The notes beneath the pieces were generated by a model. The model searched no databases, was not told the origin of the DNA, and saw only the letters and a list, made by a program, of their open reading frames with translations. The translations under genes and the position numbers were made by a program. A stretch of 64,000 bases of DNA from Candidatus Tenderia sp. (GTDB lineage Bacteria > Pseudomonadota > Gammaproteobacteria > Tenderiales > Tenderiaceae), in assembly GCA_031416075.1 (NCBI GenBank), contig JANOSY010000031.1, positions 32,001-96,000 on the forward strand, in the 5' to 3' direction. Positions 40,974 to 54,006 of this stretch are shown here, piece after piece. Each line of letters starts with the position of its first letter. Position 1 is the stretch's first letter.

Positions 40974-41453
40974 CTAATCATCGGCCTCTTTTAGCAGCAC
41001 TACTGCATAGGTTGCAATTCCCTCTTTGCGTCCGGCAAATCCCATACCTTCCGTTGTGGTTGCCTTGATGTTGAGCCGTGTTTCGTTGATCTCCAGATCG
41101 GCGGCAAGCACGGCTATCATCTGCGGGATATGGGGTTTCATCTTGGGTGTTTGGGCAACGATGGTGATGTCGGCATTGCCGATGCTGAAACCACCCGCTT
41201 TAAGCTTAACCATCACCTCACGCAGCAGGATACGGCTATCGATATCTTTGTAACTGGCACTGGTATCGGGAAAGAGTCCGCCAATATCCCCCATGCCGGC
41301 GGCACCCAGCAGTGCGTCGATCAGGGCGTGAATCACCACATCACCATCGGAATGGGCCAACATCCCCTGCTCATGGGGGATATTCACCCCGCCCAGTATC
41401 AACTTTCTGTTGACGGCAAAGCGGTGGGCATCATAACCGTGTCCTATACGCAT
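40974..41453 (-). CDS. ispF: 2-C-methyl-D-erythritol 2,4-cyclodiphosphate synthase
   Basis: RIGHGYDAH, AHSDGDV, GDIG..FPD, KATTTE. Confidence 0.97.
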   Translation of the reverse strand: MRIGHGYDAHRFAVNRKLILGGVNIPHEQGMLAHSDGDVVIHALIDALLGAAGMGDIGGLFPDTSASYKDIDSRILLREVMVKLKAGGFSIGNADITIVAQTPKMKPHIPQMIAVLAADLEINETRLNIKATTTEGMGFAGRKEGIATYAVVLLKEADD

Positions 41454-42167
41454 CTACTCGTGCTCCTGTCGGGCCATGTACATCTCGGCCAGGGTTAAGT
41501 CTTCGGGGCGGGTGATTTTAATGTTATCAGCGCGGCACTCAACCATGCGTGGTATATGGCCTGCCCGTTCAATGGCCGCGGCCTCATCAGTCACCAATGT
41601 ATGGGTATTCAACGCCTCTGCCAGCGCCTGTTTCAGCAGCCCATAACGGAACATCTGCGGCGTCATGGCGCGCCAGAGATTATCGCGACTGACCGTGGCG
41701 ATCACTGCGCCCTGTTCATCGGTACGTTTCATGGTATCGGCCACCGGCACACCGAGCAGACCACCCACAGCATGATCGGACAATGCGGTAATCAATCGAT
41801 CGATGTCGTTGTGATGCAGACAAGGGCGCGCGGCATCATGTACCAGCACCCAGTCATCATCATGGGCGCGACCTTCAAGTTTAAGCAAACCGTTGTAGAC
41901 CGAGTGGCAACGCTCAGCCCCACCCACCGTGGTGAGCAGCTTGTTTTGTTTGGAGAGTTTGGCGACAACCGTTGGCCAGTGCTCGTCATCAGCACCCAGT
42001 GCCACCACTACAGCATTGATCTGCATATGACGACACAAACGACGGAGGGTATGTTCGATAACAGTGCAACCATGCAGGTTAAGATACTGCTTAGGAATAG
42101 CAACGCCCATGCGTCTGCCCACGCCAGCGGCAGGCACAACGGCCCAATAGTTAGGTGGGTTGTTCAT
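41454..42167 (-). CDS. ispD: 2-C-methyl-D-erythritol 4-phosphate cytidylyltransferase
   Basis: PAAGVGRRM..PKQY, VHDAARP, TPQMF, NIKITRPED. Confidence 0.97.
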   Translation of the reverse strand: MNNPPNYWAVVPAAGVGRRMGVAIPKQYLNLHGCTVIEHTLRRLCRHMQINAVVVALGADDEHWPTVVAKLSKQNKLLTTVGGAERCHSVYNGLLKLEGRAHDDDWVLVHDAARPCLHHNDIDRLITALSDHAVGGLLGVPVADTMKRTDEQGAVIATVSRDNLWRAMTPQMFRYGLLKQALAEALNTHTLVTDEAAAIERAGHIPRMVECRADNIKITRPEDLTLAEMYMARQEHE

Positions 42168-42433
42168 TCGACGATCTGGAAGAAGACTTCATCTTTTTTG
42201 ACCATGCCCAACTCGCTGCGGGCACGCTCTTCAATCGCCTCTACACCCTGCTTAAGGTCTTGCACCTCAGCATCAAGGGCGGCATTACGTTCATGAATCT
42301 TGGCGTTCTCCGCCTTCTGTTTTTCGATGGAGTGATGTAGCCGCGAAACCTCGGCCAGACTCCCCTCGCCTACCCATAGCCGGTATTGCAGACCGGCCAA
42401 TAGAATAATCAGTATGACGTTGATCCACTTCAT
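42164..42433 (-). CDS. ftsB: Cell division protein FtsB
   Basis: LQYRLWVGEGS, AIEERARSELGMVK; eno-ftsB-ispD order. Confidence 0.95.
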   Translation of the reverse strand: MKWINVILIILLAGLQYRLWVGEGSLAEVSRLHHSIEKQKAENAKIHERNAALDAEVQDLKQGVEAIEERARSELGMVKKDEVFFQIVE

Positions 42434-42475
42434 GAGGTATGCCGTCGGCAATACGCCGACGGCCTCGGTTTCACC

Positions 42476-43798
<1,323 letters not shown>

Positions 43799-43843
43799 CT
43801 AAGTACAACACTGGGCGCTGACATGCACCAACACCCCAATTTT

Positions 43844-44676
43844 TTATTGATTTTGTTCGATAAAGCCGCTCGACTTCACCGTCATATCTAACTGCTTCAA
43901 CGTCTGCAACAGCGCCTCCATCTGACCCAACGGCCAGGCATTAGGGCCATCGCTCAGCGCTTTATCGGGATCAGGGTGGGTTTCCATGAACAGGCCGGAA
44001 ATCCCCGCCGCCACCGCCGCCCTTGCCAATACCGGCACAAACTCTCGCTGCCCACCGGAGCTCTGCCCCTGACCACCGGGCTGCTGCACCGAATGGGTGG
44101 CATCAAAGACCACCGGGCAACCGGTCTCACGCATGATCGCCAGGCCGCGAATATCCGTAATCAGCGTATTGTAACCGAAGGAGGTGCCACGATCGCAGAC
44201 CATAATCTGATCGTTACCCACTTCACGGGCCTTGGCGACGACATTGGCCATATCCCAAGGGGCCAGGAACTGCCCCTTTTTGATATTCACCGGTTTGCCC
44301 TGACGGGCAACATTCTGAATAAAGTTAGTCTGACGACAGAGGAACGCCGGGGTTTGCAATACATCCACCACACTGGCTACCTCATCCAATGGAGTATCTT
44401 CATGGACGTCGGTCAACACCGCCACACCCAGCTCATCTTTCACCCGTTGCAGGATACGCAGCCCCTCTTCAATACCGGGACCCCGAAAGCTCTTGCTCGA
44501 CGTGCGGTTGGCCTTATCAAACGAAGACTTATAGATAAAAGGGATGCCAAGACGTGAAGTCATCTCTTTCAACGCCGCCGCCGTCTCCAGCGCCAGCGCC
44601 TCACTCTCAATCACACAGGGACCGGCAATGAGGAAAAAGGGGTGATCAAGTCCTGCTTCAAACCCACATAGTTTCA

Positions 44677-44677
<1 letters not shown>
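43844..44677 (-). CDS. kdsA: KDO8P synthase
   Basis: [34 protein letters not shown]. Confidence 0.98.
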
Positions 44678-46380
<1,703 letters not shown>

Positions 46381-46507
46381 TCAATGCGGGAAGCCGGAAT
46401 TTTTAACACTCACCCATACAAGATTGGCCAAGATCGGCCAAACCCCTCACCACCGGCAAAATTCAGGCACATATAGACACCAGCAACAGCAATCGCTAAC
46501 ATACGCC

Positions 46508-46615
46508 CCGTCATTGGGGAGTAGCCGCCTTTCTATATTGAAGGGGCTGACGTCAACACACTTGGCCCTCACGGCCATGGCGTCAACAGAACATTTCCTG
46601 GCAAGACCTTTGACC
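46508..46615 (+). ncRNA. yybP-ykoY (Mn2+) riboswitch
   Basis: TGGGGAGTAGCC...CGTCAACACACTTG...TGGCG...GGCAAGACC upstream of a UPF0016 gene; downstream hairpin TGACCATAC/GTATGGTCA. Confidence 0.88.
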
Positions 46616-46681
46616 ATACCACCCTTGCATTGGCCGGGGGGGAGTATGGTCATTGGAATTAAACCGGCCAGGAGCTCTAAT

Positions 46682-47248
46682 ATGGACGCATTTTTTATAT
46701 CAACAGGCATTGTCGCCCTGGCCGAAATTGGCGATAAAACCCAGCTACTGGCCTTTATGCTGGCCGCCAAATACCGCAAACCCACCCCTATCATCCTCGG
46801 CATTTTAGTCGCCACCCTCGCCAATCATGCGGCGGCTGGGGCATTAGGCGGATGGCTCAGCACGCTGTTCAGTGCCGAAGCATTACGCTGGGCACTGGGG
46901 GCATCCTTTATTGCCATGGCAATCTGGATATTAATCCCCGACAAACTCGATGATAAACAGAGCCAGCTCACTCACTTCGGTATATTTGGCACTACGCTCA
47001 TCCTCTTTTTTCTGGCTGAAATGGGCGACAAAACCCAAATTGCCACCATCGCTCTGGCCGCTCAATACCAGCACATAGTAGCCGTGGTGGCAGGAACCAC
47101 CCTTGGCATGATGATAGCCAACGTGCCTGCGGTCATATTTGGTGAAAAAATAACCCGGCACATCCCACTCAACGTAGTACACGGCATCGCTGCGCTTATT
47201 TTTGCCGTGTTGGGCATTATCACCCTCATAGGGGCGATAACCCTATAA
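46682..47248 (+). CDS. TMEM165/GDT1 (UPF0016) Mn2+/Ca2+ exporter
   Basis: Two motifs AEIGDKTQ and AEMGDKTQ; true start ATG at 46682. Confidence 0.93.
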   Translation: MDAFFISTGIVALAEIGDKTQLLAFMLAAKYRKPTPIILGILVATLANHAAAGALGGWLSTLFSAEALRWALGASFIAMAIWILIPDKLDDKQSQLTHFGIFGTTLILFFLAEMGDKTQIATIALAAQYQHIVAVVAGTTLGMMIANVPAVIFGEKITRHIPLNVVHGIAALIFAVLGIITLIGAITL

Positions 47249-47300
47249 AATGAGAGGCCAAACATCCGCCCCCCACTCTTACCAACCATATCCAACACAT

Positions 47301-47335
47301 TAAAAGGCCCACTACTGGGGGCAGTAGCGGGCCTC
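47301..47335 (-). terminator. Rho-independent terminator after efp
   Basis: Minus strand AGGCCCGCTACTG-cccc-CAGTAGTGGGCCT-TTT. Confidence 0.75.
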
Positions 47336-47362
47336 TTAACTACAACGCGGTTTTAATGAGTA

Positions 47363-47920
47363 CTATTTGGCGCGGCTGCGGTACTCATCAGTACGGGTAT
47401 CAATTTCGATTTTATCGCCAATTTCAACAAAGGCGGGAACCGAAAGTTCATAGCCAGAAGGCAACTTAGCCAGTTTCATCACCTTGCCAGAGGTATCCCC
47501 TTTGGCAGCGGGTTCTGTGTAGATAACTTCACGAACCAGGGTGGTTGGCAGGTTAACGGAGATCGCCTTACCGTTATAGAAGACCACTTCACACGGCATT
47601 CCATCTTCGAGGTACTTCAGCGCGTCTTCGACGTTTTCAGCTTCAATTTCATACTGTTCGTAATCGCCATCCATAAAGACATACATCGGATCGGCAAAAT
47701 AGGAGTAGGTAACCTCTTTGGCATCCAGGATTACCTGTTCAAACTTATCATCAGCACGGTAAACAGTCTCCATCGCCGCACCGTTGAGCAGATTTTTCAT
47801 CTTCATCTTCACAACGGCAGAGTTACGACCGGACTTATTAAAATCAGCCTTCAGCACCACCATCGGATCGTTACCGACCATAATTACCTGACCTGCACGC
47901 ACTTCCTGAGCAACTTTCAT
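47363..47920 (-). CDS. efp: Elongation factor P, Arg32 (EarP-rhamnosylated) type
   Basis: KSGRNSAV loop with Arg at position 32, [24 protein letters not shown]. Confidence 0.95.
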   Translation of the reverse strand: MKVAQEVRAGQVIMVGNDPMVVLKADFNKSGRNSAVVKMKMKNLLNGAAMETVYRADDKFEQVILDAKEVTYSYFADPMYVFMDGDYEQYEIEAENVEDALKYLEDGMPCEVVFYNGKAISVNLPTTLVREVIYTEPAAKGDTSGKVMKLAKLPSGYELSVPAFVEIGDKIEIDTRTDEYRSRAK

Positions 47921-47962
47921 CATGGGAGCATCAACCTTGGCTAATAAAAAAAGAGAGGGAGA

Positions 47963-48256
47963 TTATAAATATTTTTCACAAAAATGCACTAAATTCGTCA
48001 TCATGCCCCCCAAATCACCCAGTCCATCGACCTGTTTCTCACCATAATTCAGCCAACTGCTCGCACCAAACCACAAAGGGCAACCACCACCCAGCCACTC
48101 TTCCCTCTGGCGGAAAACCTTCCCTATCAGGGATCTACCGGCCCACTGGGCGCAAACAAGGAGTCTTCCCCGCTCACAAAATTGAGGCCACGCACCCACA
48201 GCAACCGGTCATAACCATCCTGCTCCAGGAATGGGCAGATGCACCGTCAAACCACC
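47963..48256 (-). pseudogene. earP: Remnant of EF-P arginine rhamnosyltransferase
   Basis: Across frameshifts: GLTVHL/PFLEQDGYDRLLW..LNFVSGEDS/CAQWAG...NLVHFCEKYL*, matching the EarP C-terminal motifs LNFVRGEDS and AQWAG. Confidence 0.8.
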
Positions 48257-48259
48257 TTA

Positions 48260-48334
48260 GGGAAGCGCTGAATACCCACTCCGTTTATAGTGGATTTGTC
48301 GAGCCATGGCCAGAGAGGATATTCAGAGACTCAC
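48260..48334. mobile_element. Putative 75-bp MITE/IS remnant
   Basis: Imperfect 15-bp terminal IRs GGGAAGCGCTGAATA / TATTCAGAGACTCAC (11/15), flanked by TTA on both sides. Confidence 0.55.
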
Positions 48335-48423
48335 TTAGAGCTATGTACGTTAAGAGTTCAGGTTAAAATCCTCTGCCAGTCCAAAGCAACAACCCATTGG
48401 GTTTTTTTGCAATGAGCGCAGAA

Positions 48424-50658
48424 CTATTTTAATAACATCTCTACTGCACCACGCCACGCAACAGGTGGTGTCTGCACATAACGCTGACAGAGTTTTAGAT
48501 AAAAAGCACTGGGGCCATCCTCTGGGTAACGCATGGCCAGGCGTTGGAACATAATTAGTGACTCATTCCATGCCTGTGAAAAAAACAGCGCTTGTGCCAG
48601 TTCAAAGTCAGCGCATAAAACCTGCTCTGCCATTGAGTGTTGACTGGTATAACCCAGCAGCTCATGAAGGGTGACGGCCTGCTCTTTACCTACCAATATA
48701 AAACACCCCAATTTTCGCGTGACTATTCCCATTACGTTTTGCAGCACCTCTTCCGAGGCGATGACGTTAGTACCGAGCTGTTTATTCAACCCCTGAATAC
48801 GTGACGCAGTATTAACGATATCACCCACTGCACGATATTCGTAGTGGTCCAACGCGCCGATGTTTCCAATCATCATCTCCCCGGCATGAAGACCTATACG
48901 TGTATGCAATACCCTGTTTTGCTGCTGACTGAATTTAACCGCAGCAGCAGCAATATCAAGCGCGGCTTCACACGCCTGTTGCCGCAACTGTGGCTCTGGC
49001 TGTGGTGAGGACCAGAGCGCTAACATTGCATCACCGATAACATCGGAGACGATGCCGTGATGAGCGCGCACCGGTGCAAAGAGTACTTCGTAGTAGGCGT
49101 TCATCAAATCACTTAATACGTGGGGGGCAAGCCTTTCTGCCAGATGGGTATAACGCTCTGCATCCGTTGCCAGGCAGATGCCGTACATTAACTGGCCGGT
49201 GGCTGTGATGGGGGTGGCGTTGTCTGCAAAATGGTCAGCTACATTGCGTGGTACATAGTGGCTGAATGCCTGATGTATCTGTTGCTGGCTGCGATGCACA
49301 TCACCATAACGACAGAGCAGTGAGACGACTAATGCAATCGGTGTTTGAATAAACAGCGGGACCACCCAGGGCAGCCATATATTGGCCACATTAAACAGGA
49401 TCGAGGCTGTCATCAGGTAGAGTCCCGCGATAGTAACGCTGCCAATCACTATCAACAGGGATGACGGTAACCGCCCAACCCCTGCAATAAAAAACCCATA
49501 CGCCGCTATTGATAACATAAAAACGGTTGCTGTCAGGGGTTGAAGGGTTGTCTCTTCCAGAACATTGGCAAATGTGGTGGCGGCAATCTCCACACCACTT
49601 ACATCGACACCGTTTGGTTGGGAGTAGACGGTAAAAAACCCATCTTTCTGTTCAGGCTGGCGATTTTCTGCGAAGCCTACAAACACTGCTTTGCCTCTGA
49701 ACCGGGCAAGTGTCTCAGCATCTCCCCTCAATACATCGGCATACTCTATGGTAGGTATGGTGTGGGGGGGGCCATACAGATTTAAATAAGGTCTATTTTC
49801 CCCAGTATATGTAGTCAGTAGCGCTTCGACCTGCTTCTTATTTGCATCGCCGGATAACGCTGACTGAGAGATGTTCTGTTTTATTTTTCTCAAAAGCACG
49901 GGATGTGTAAGCAGCATTTCACGCGCATCGGGGTTAAAACTGGTGGCGTCTTCATTCACTATCTTTTTTTCCAGTAACTGCTGCATTAATGCAGCATCAT
50001 CACCCGCCAGCTGCCGTAACCACTGCCTGACGGCTGGTGCGGTATAACGCTCCAGCGCCACAACGGGCAGTGTTGCAACATCGCCGGCAGAGGTATGAAA
50101 ACTCCAGAACTGACTAACACGTATGGGGACCTTGGGTAAAACAAAAGGCGCGACACCACTGGCCGCCTCTGCAAGTGCGGGAAAAGGCAGCACCAGCTGC
50201 TCCACATAGATATCACTGCTGCTGTTGTCCGTAATTTCACGTTTAAGATAGGCAAACAACAGTACGTTTCCGGCCCGCCGGGTGGCGTCCACCAGCAGCT
50301 GATCTGTTTTCGGATCCCGTGGTTCTTTAAAAAAAACATCAAATGCCACCACAGTGGCCCCTGCCTCGGCCAGCTGGTCTATAATCTGTGCATGCATCTC
50401 CCGTGGCCACTGGGCTGGATCATTGATCAATCCCAAACGATCAGCAGAGCCTTTGTCTATAGACACAAGCACAACATCAGCCGGGGGCACACGATGGCCA
50501 CGCAGTGTATATAGGGTTTCCAGGCCGATGTTTTCTTCCCAATCCAGTCCAAAAGGTAGAAAATAGCTCAACAGGCCAATGGCCGCTGTGGATAGACCTA
50601 ACAGCAGTACCTTGTTAAGCGCTACTGTTCTGCTAAAACGACGGCGTTGATCAGGCAT
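48424..50658 (-). CDS. CHASE2 - TM - class III nucleotide cyclase (C-terminal TPR-like)
   Basis: WPREMHA, VAFDVFF, GVEIAAT (CHASE2); ATDAERYT, IGDAML, RIGLHAG, GDIVNTASRIQGLNK. Confidence 0.9.
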   Translation of the reverse strand: MPDQRRRFSRTVALNKVLLLGLSTAAIGLLSYFLPFGLDWEENIGLETLYTLRGHRVPPADVVLVSIDKGSADRLGLINDPAQWPREMHAQIIDQLAEAGATVVAFDVFFKEPRDPKTDQLLVDATRRAGNVLLFAYLKREITDNSSSDIYVEQLVLPFPALAEAASGVAPFVLPKVPIRVSQFWSFHTSAGDVATLPVVALERYTAPAVRQWLRQLAGDDAALMQQLLEKKIVNEDATSFNPDAREMLLTHPVLLRKIKQNISQSALSGDANKKQVEALLTTYTGENRPYLNLYGPPHTIPTIEYADVLRGDAETLARFRGKAVFVGFAENRQPEQKDGFFTVYSQPNGVDVSGVEIAATTFANVLEETTLQPLTATVFMLSIAAYGFFIAGVGRLPSSLLIVIGSVTIAGLYLMTASILFNVANIWLPWVVPLFIQTPIALVVSLLCRYGDVHRSQQQIHQAFSHYVPRNVADHFADNATPITATGQLMYGICLATDAERYTHLAERLAPHVLSDLMNAYYEVLFAPVRAHHGIVSDVIGDAMLALWSSPQPEPQLRQQACEAALDIAAAAVKFSQQQNRVLHTRIGLHAGEMMIGNIGALDHYEYRAVGDIVNTASRIQGLNKQLGTNVIASEEVLQNVMGIVTRKLGCFILVGKEQAVTLHELLGYTSQHSMAEQVLCADFELAQALFFSQAWNESLIMFQRLAMRYPEDGPSAFYLKLCQRYVQTPPVAWRGAVEMLLK

Positions 50659-50846
50659 TAAAGGTATGGCTCTTATGAGTATGCAATCCAACGAAAGTGA
50701 GCATTTTGCCGAGCGGGGTCTGCTTGTGCAAGCAATGATGCCGGTATGTGATGGGATTCTAGGCTACACTGAGGCGCTGTTGAATAGATGGCTGGGGGCG
50801 CAACCATTATCCAATTCTCAGGCATGTAACCAAAGGATAGATAGTA

Positions 50847-51524
50847 ATGCACCACAATATTTCTGATGATTTATCTGCCACATTAAAACGTGTGCCACTG
50901 TTTGCGGCCCTGGATGATGATGAGCTGGAGGCTGTTCGCCCCCATATTGTGACGCGAAGTTATGCCAAAAACAGTGTCTTGATCACTGAGGGTGATGTCA
51001 CGGACTCGCTCTATATCATTTTAAAAGGCAAAGTCAAAGTCTACCTGAGCGATGACCGCGGCAGAGAGGTTATCCTGAGCCAGCAGGTACCAGGGGAATA
51101 TTTTGGTGAACTGGCTCTGATTGACGACGCCGAACGCTCTGCTTCGGTGATGACTACAGAACCCTGTACTTTTGCAATTATTACCAAACAGGCATTTAAA
51201 GATATCCTGGCAGCCAACCCCAGTATCGCCATTACCCTGATCAAGGATTTGAGCCACCGCGTCCGCACGCTGACCGACAACGTTAAAAGCCTGGCGTTAA
51301 TGGATGTTTACGGCCGTGTCGCCAAAACCTTGTTGAGCCTGGCCCAACAGTCTGGCGATAAGCTATTAATTGATGAAAAGCTGACGCAACAGGATATCGC
51401 CGACCGGGTTGGGTCTTCACGCGAAATGGTGTCCAAGATACTAAAAGACCTGACCAATGGCGGTTATATTAGTGTTGATCACAAGCGTATTGTAATTAAT
51501 GAACGGCTGCCTGCACGTTATTAA
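50847..51524 (+). CDS. Crp/Fnr-family cNMP-binding regulator
   Basis: YFGELALID..ERSASV, LTQQDIADRVGSSREMVSK HTH. Confidence 0.92.
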   Translation: MHHNISDDLSATLKRVPLFAALDDDELEAVRPHIVTRSYAKNSVLITEGDVTDSLYIILKGKVKVYLSDDRGREVILSQQVPGEYFGELALIDDAERSASVMTTEPCTFAIITKQAFKDILAANPSIAITLIKDLSHRVRTLTDNVKSLALMDVYGRVAKTLLSLAQQSGDKLLIDEKLTQQDIADRVGSSREMVSKILKDLTNGGYISVDHKRIVINERLPARY

Positions 51525-51657
51525 CACTCTCAGAACAGGCACATGCGTAGCCATCCAATAGCTCATATATAAGATGGCTGTCCCCGGTAACGTTATGACA
51601 CTGGTGATGTAACGGCGGCGCTATCGCCGCCGCAGCGACACAGTTATAATAACCCTC

Positions 51658-54006
51658 ATGTCCAGACCACCTAAACACCGCACCCGCCGCACGCCTTCAT
51701 CCACCCCATCCAAACGCCGTCTTTTGCCCGCTTTTTTACTGGCAATGGTACTGCCCGCCATAGTGGTACTGACTGTGTATGTGCTTTACCTTGACCATCT
51801 GGTACAACAAAAATTTGAGGGGAAACGCTGGGCCATTCCATCCCGTGTCTATGCACGGGCGCTGGAGCTGTATCCTCAGGCAGCACTATCATCTGAGTCG
51901 CTGGAGAGTGAGTTAAAACTCATCGGTTATCAGCGTTCCAGCGATGGTATCGCTCCGGGCAGTTACTATCGTACCGGCAATACCTTTGTCATTTCCAGCC
52001 GTGCTTTTACCCACTGGGATGGTGAGGAACCCGCCCGTTCGTTGCGCCTGACAATTGGCCAGAATCGTGTGACATCGCTCACCAACAAACGTAATGGCAA
52101 GTCACTCACCCTGGCCCGCCTGCAGCCAATGGAGATTGGCAGCATCTACCCGGCGCAAAAAGAGGATCGTATCCTGGTGAAGCTCAGCGACCTACCGCCC
52201 GAGCTGACCAGCGCCCTGCAAGCCGTTGAGGATCGCAATTTTCAGGAGCATTACGGTGTTGATATCACCGGTATTGCCCGCGCCGCCTGGAGCAACATAC
52301 GGGCTGGCCACGTGGTTCAAGGGGGCAGCACACTCACCCAGCAGCTGGTAAAAAATTTCTACCTTAATAATGAACGCACCCTCTGGCGCAAGGTTAACGA
52401 GGCACTGATGGCGCTGCTGCTGGAGTACCACTACAGCAAGAATGATATTCTCGAGGCCTATGCCAACGAGATCTACCTCGGGCAGGATGGTGCACGTGCC
52501 ATTCATGGCTTCGGCCTGGCAGCACAGTTCTATTTCAACAAACCAGTACAGGAGCTGACACTGCCAGAATCAGCAATGCTGGTAGCAATCCTGCGCGGCC
52601 CCACCTACTACGATCCGCGCCGTTCACCAAAACGGGCATTGGAACGGCGTAACCAGATTATTGACACCCTGCTGGCGGACGGCTTGATCAAACAGGAGAA
52701 GGCATTGCCCGCCAAGCAGGCGTCACTGGGCGTTATTCCCAAACCGGTGCGCGGCACGGGTCTGCACCCCGCCTTTATCGATCTGGTGAAGAGGCAGTTG
52801 CAGAAGGATTATCAGGAAGAGGATCTGCGCAGCGAAGGACTACGCATCTTCACCACACTCGACCCAATCGCCCAGCGCACTGCCGAACAAGCGTTGGTGC
52901 GCTGGACCGAAAAACTCGAACAGTCACGCAAATTAAAGGCCAACTTACTCCAGGGCAGCGTGGTGATCAGCCGTGTTGGCAGTGGCGAGGTGAGTGCCGT
53001 GGTGGGTGGTCGCGACGTGCGTTTTGATGGTTTTAATCGCGCCCTTGATATCCGTCGCCCGATCGGATCGCTGGTTAAACCTGCGCTCTACCTCACGGCG
53101 TTGATGCAACCACAAACGTATACACTGACAACACTGCTCAACGATGAACCGCTGCAACTCAAACAGCCCGGCAACGACAAGGTCTGGGCACCTGAAAATT
53201 ACGACCGTATCAGCCACGGCTCCGTACCGCTGATCGATGCCCTGGCCCACTCCTACAATCTGGCGGCGGTGAATCTGGGCATGGCGCTGGGTGTTAATCA
53301 GGTGATCAAGACACTACATGCACTGGGCATAGAAGCGACCATACCTACCTACCCATCGGTGCTGCTTGGCGCAATGGACCTCTCCCCGATTGAGATAGCG
53401 CAGATATACCAGACACTTGCCGATCAGGGTTTCTACACCCAGCTACGGGCGGTACGTGAAGTGCTGACACAGGATGGCAAACCGCTGCAACACTTTGCCA
53501 TGGATACCGAACAGCGCCTCTCCGTACCTCACGTCTACTTAATCAACTATGCGCTCCGAGAAGCCCTGCGCAATGGCACCGGTGCCAACGTTGCCCAACG
53601 CATACCGGCCGATATTGAGCTGGGAGGCAAAACCGGTACCACCAATGATCTACGCGACAGCTGGTTTGCGGGCTTTGGCAGTGAATACGTCGGTGTCGTC
53701 TGGATGGGCAACGATGACAACAAGGTCACCGGTCTTACTGGTGCCAGTGGTGCGCTGCAAGTCTGGGCCGACATCATGACCCGCATCAACCTCAGTCGTG
53801 GTGAACAACCACCACCTGTTGATATCGAGATGGTACGTATCGATCGCACCACCGGACTACGAGCGGACAATGGCTGCAATGATAGCGCGCGTCTACTCCC
53901 CTTCATCAACGACACCGCCCCTAATGAGGATGCCCTTTGTGCCCACAGCGCTGTCGAAGATACGCTTAATGATTTGCTTGATAATGTGAAAGGGTGGCTT
54001 GAATAA
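51658..54006 (+). CDS. mrcB: Penicillin-binding protein 1B
   Basis: UB2H region, EDRNF..H.G, GGSTLTQQLVKN, SLVK, SYN, KTGT. Confidence 0.96.
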   Translation: MSRPPKHRTRRTPSSTPSKRRLLPAFLLAMVLPAIVVLTVYVLYLDHLVQQKFEGKRWAIPSRVYARALELYPQAALSSESLESELKLIGYQRSSDGIAPGSYYRTGNTFVISSRAFTHWDGEEPARSLRLTIGQNRVTSLTNKRNGKSLTLARLQPMEIGSIYPAQKEDRILVKLSDLPPELTSALQAVEDRNFQEHYGVDITGIARAAWSNIRAGHVVQGGSTLTQQLVKNFYLNNERTLWRKVNEALMALLLEYHYSKNDILEAYANEIYLGQDGARAIHGFGLAAQFYFNKPVQELTLPESAMLVAILRGPTYYDPRRSPKRALERRNQIIDTLLADGLIKQEKALPAKQASLGVIPKPVRGTGLHPAFIDLVKRQLQKDYQEEDLRSEGLRIFTTLDPIAQRTAEQALVRWTEKLEQSRKLKANLLQGSVVISRVGSGEVSAVVGGRDVRFDGFNRALDIRRPIGSLVKPALYLTALMQPQTYTLTTLLNDEPLQLKQPGNDKVWAPENYDRISHGSVPLIDALAHSYNLAAVNLGMALGVNQVIKTLHALGIEATIPTYPSVLLGAMDLSPIEIAQIYQTLADQGFYTQLRAVREVLTQDGKPLQHFAMDTEQRLSVPHVYLINYALREALRNGTGANVAQRIPADIELGGKTGTTNDLRDSWFAGFGSEYVGVVWMGNDDNKVTGLTGASGALQVWADIMTRINLSRGEQPPPVDIEMVRIDRTTGLRADNGCNDSARLLPFINDTAPNEDALCAHSAVEDTLNDLLDNVKGWLE

